Origin: Sphingomonas sp. | GTDB taxonomy: Bacteria; Pseudomonadota; Alphaproteobacteria; Sphingomonadales; Sphingomonadaceae | Assembly: GCA_031429555.1 (NCBI GenBank) | Contig: JANOZQ010000306.1 | Span: forward strand, 1-50,652 | Direction: 5' to 3' | DNA: 50,652 nt | Shown here: piece after piece, positions 48,703-50,652 of the stretch | Position numbering within the stretch: the first letter of the stretch is position 1 | Layout: each line of letters starts with the position of its first letter | Position numbers and translations under genes: made by a program | The notes under the pieces: model-generated | The model's input: the letters and a program-made list of their open reading frames with translations, nothing else | What the model was told of the DNA's origin: nothing | The model's database searches: none

Positions 48703-50313
48703 TTACTTTGCCGCATCGTAGGGTGGAAGTTGCTCAATCTCTCGAAGCGTGGCGGCAACCGAAACATCGCCATATGACTGCCCTACTGTGGCCGAAGCGT
48801 GGCCAAGAATGTAGTCGACGACATCCGGCATTAAGCGATGCTCACGCGCCTGCGTTTTGAAGCGGTGCCGCCAGCCATGATTAGGAGCAACGCGCTTGTC
48901 GGTCACTCCAAGCGCCCGCACCCAGTTCGCAAGATGCTCACCCACCTTCTTCGCCTGCGGATTGGCATCCGAACCGCCCTTCCGACGATCAGGGTCGTAA
49001 AAAATTGGGCCGGACGACCTATGTGCGAAATCAACGAACCCCTGTTCGATCAAATGGGGGTGCAAAGCCACGGTGCGGGACTTGCCGCTCTTCACGGACC
49101 CCGCCTCCGGAGTTATACGGATCGCCCAGACACCGCTCGCCTTTGTAACAGCCTCGCCGCGTAGCTGCGTGATTTCGTTTACTCGCGCACCGCTATACGC
49201 ACAAATCCAAGGCACCCATCGGCGCGCTAGCGCACGCTCCTTCGAGAGCCCAGTCGCGGGTTGGGCGAATGTTGCTCGCAGGATGATGTTTGCCTCGTCG
49301 TCTGTGAGGCCCGCTTCGCGATCCCTAATCGCCCGCTTGTTTTTAACCCCGACCCCTTCTGCCGGGTTCGCAGCGAGACGGCCGTTATCGACAGCCCACC
49401 TGCACACTGCCTTCACAACCGCTAGATAGGTGTCATTCACTGAGCGTGGCGTGAGCACCCGACCCGAAGGGCTGGACCCCGCCAGAAGTTGATCCTTCCA
49501 CTCTGCGACCAATTTCTTGGTAACCTTACTAGCATCATCATGGCCCACGAATTGCCGGAAGACAGCAAATTGCCGCCGATATGACTTGACAGTGGCAGGG
49601 GCGAGATCGCTTTCCCGAAGGTAATCTTCGATCATCGCAGTGAGTGAAGCGCCTGAAACCGTTACAGAAATATCGGTTAGCGCGTCATCAAGCCTAAACC
49701 TATCAGCGCCGAATGTTTCGTCGAGCACACGCGAAGGTTCACCGTTCAACATTTGAAGTTGTCGCTCTGCGGCTTCAACTTGGGCCTGCGCGACCAGTCG
49801 CATAAGCGCCCTTTGATCGTTTCCTTCTAGTGCCCAGCCTTCTCGGTCTTGAATGGCCTCGGCGGTCCAAAGCGTAATCTGGTTCCAGCCACCAAGCCCG
49901 GGCTTGCGGCTTTCCACTACATCGTCGCGAAATCGCTCTATAGCGGCTTTTGCAGTGATTAAGTCGCTGGCAGCCGTTGCGTCCGACGGATCGATCTCCT
50001 GCACTCGTTCCATTCTGTCGGCGAAATAGGCGCGAATGACTTTTTCAATTTTTTGCGTGCCCACCGTCCCGTTCCGTCGTGCGGCCGAAGCCGCCGGTGA
50101 GACGTGACCCTTGAGGTCGGCTATAGTCTTTTCGAACTTCGCGTTCTCGCGTGGAAGCAGGTGCCGCGCTTCTGCTAAGTCGCTCGTTCGAAGGGAAACT
50201 TGAACTTCTGCGCGATTATCAAACGCAGCCTGAGCAAACACAGGGACGGAACGACGATAAATGAGCATGTCGCCTCGGCGATACAGGTAACGATGTCCCT
50301 TAACTGCCTTCAC
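48703..50313 (-). CDS. tyrosine integrase with DUF6538-like N-terminus
   Basis: YRRSVP...SLRT.D...AR; catalytic residues SGARVNEI, VK, HGWRH, ILGH, YG intact; likely GTG start at 50313. Confidence 0.9.
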   Translation of the reverse strand: MKAVKGHRYLYRRGDMLIYRRSVPVFAQAAFDNRAEVQVSLRTSDLAEARHLLPRENAKFEKTIADLKGHVSPAASAARRNGTVGTQKIEKVIRAYFADRMERVQEIDPSDATAASDLITAKAAIERFRDDVVESRKPGLGGWNQITLWTAEAIQDREGWALEGNDQRALMRLVAQAQVEAAERQLQMLNGEPSRVLDETFGADRFRLDDALTDISVTVSGASLTAMIEDYLRESDLAPATVKSYRRQFAVFRQFVGHDDASKVTKKLVAEWKDQLLAGSSPSGRVLTPRSVNDTYLAVVKAVCRWAVDNGRLAANPAEGVGVKNKRAIRDREAGLTDDEANIILRATFAQPATGLSKERALARRWVPWICAYSGARVNEITQLRGEAVTKASGVWAIRITPEAGSVKSGKSRTVALHPHLIEQGFVDFAHRSSGPIFYDPDRRKGGSDANPQAKKVGEHLANWVRALGVTDKRVAPNHGWRHRFKTQAREHRLMPDVVDYILGHASATVGQSYGDVSVAATLREIEQLPPYDAAK

Positions 50314-50327
50314 TTCGCCCCCAGTTA

Positions 50328-50347
50328 TGTAGCAAGAAATGTAGCAG
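50328..50347. promoter_or_regulatory. putative integrase arm-type sites (TGTAGCA x2)
   Basis: 12-bp period pair matching 38725-38744. Confidence 0.7.
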
Positions 50348-50411
50348 TCTAGGCAGGATAACCTTTTCAAATCAAGGGTTTTTCAAACGTTTCAGTCAGT
50401 TGGAAGATTTC

Positions 50412-50501
<90 letters not shown>

Positions 50502-50652
50502 GCAGAGGACAAGGCGTGTCTAAACGGCCTTGGCGAAATCGAAGAGCGGCGCTTAGCGAAGGCAACGCAACTTGCCAAGGCTCCGTTGCGCTTGTGTTGC
50601 GGCGAATAAGCCCTAAATTGCGTTCATGCACATGCACAATGCCATTCCCAAA

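Overview
GC-rich alphaproteobacterial chromosome segment, probably a sphingomonad (PEPxxW-type PEP-CTERM tail, GTTC-N7-GTTC LexA box). It is mostly accessory DNA downstream of a tRNA-Ser(CGA) gene at the right end. From left to right: a CHASE2-adenylate cyclase / small exported protein / TPR-CHAT protease module; an M24 peptidase; a polymorphic toxin locus (cryptic LuxR remnant, toxin with JAB-like and HNH-like domains, Imm30, orphan AHH toxin with ankyrin immunity); an amidohydrolase; a junction of gene fragments; a SigF/NrsF (ECF16) stress cluster with four GTAACC-N16-CGAA-type promoters, including a ferritin-like + KAS III + ABC exporter operon; and a large repetitive PEP-CTERM protein with an ECF43-type sigma factor and Ser/Thr kinase, bracketed by two integrase remnants. 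The window ends with an 11.8 kb island (38644-50428) integrated at tRNA-Ser, with a 17-bp att direct repeat and paired TGTAGCA arm-like sites. The island carries Pycsar, a type II R-M pair, a resolvase, a LexA-boxed SRAP unit and an XRE-preceded reverse-transcriptase-like protein with non-canonical motifs (FADN instead of YADD, SLG instead of PQG) and no evident intron, retron or DGR context. That RT module is the best candidate for an undescribed system. All family assignments come from motif recognition by eye; no searches were run.
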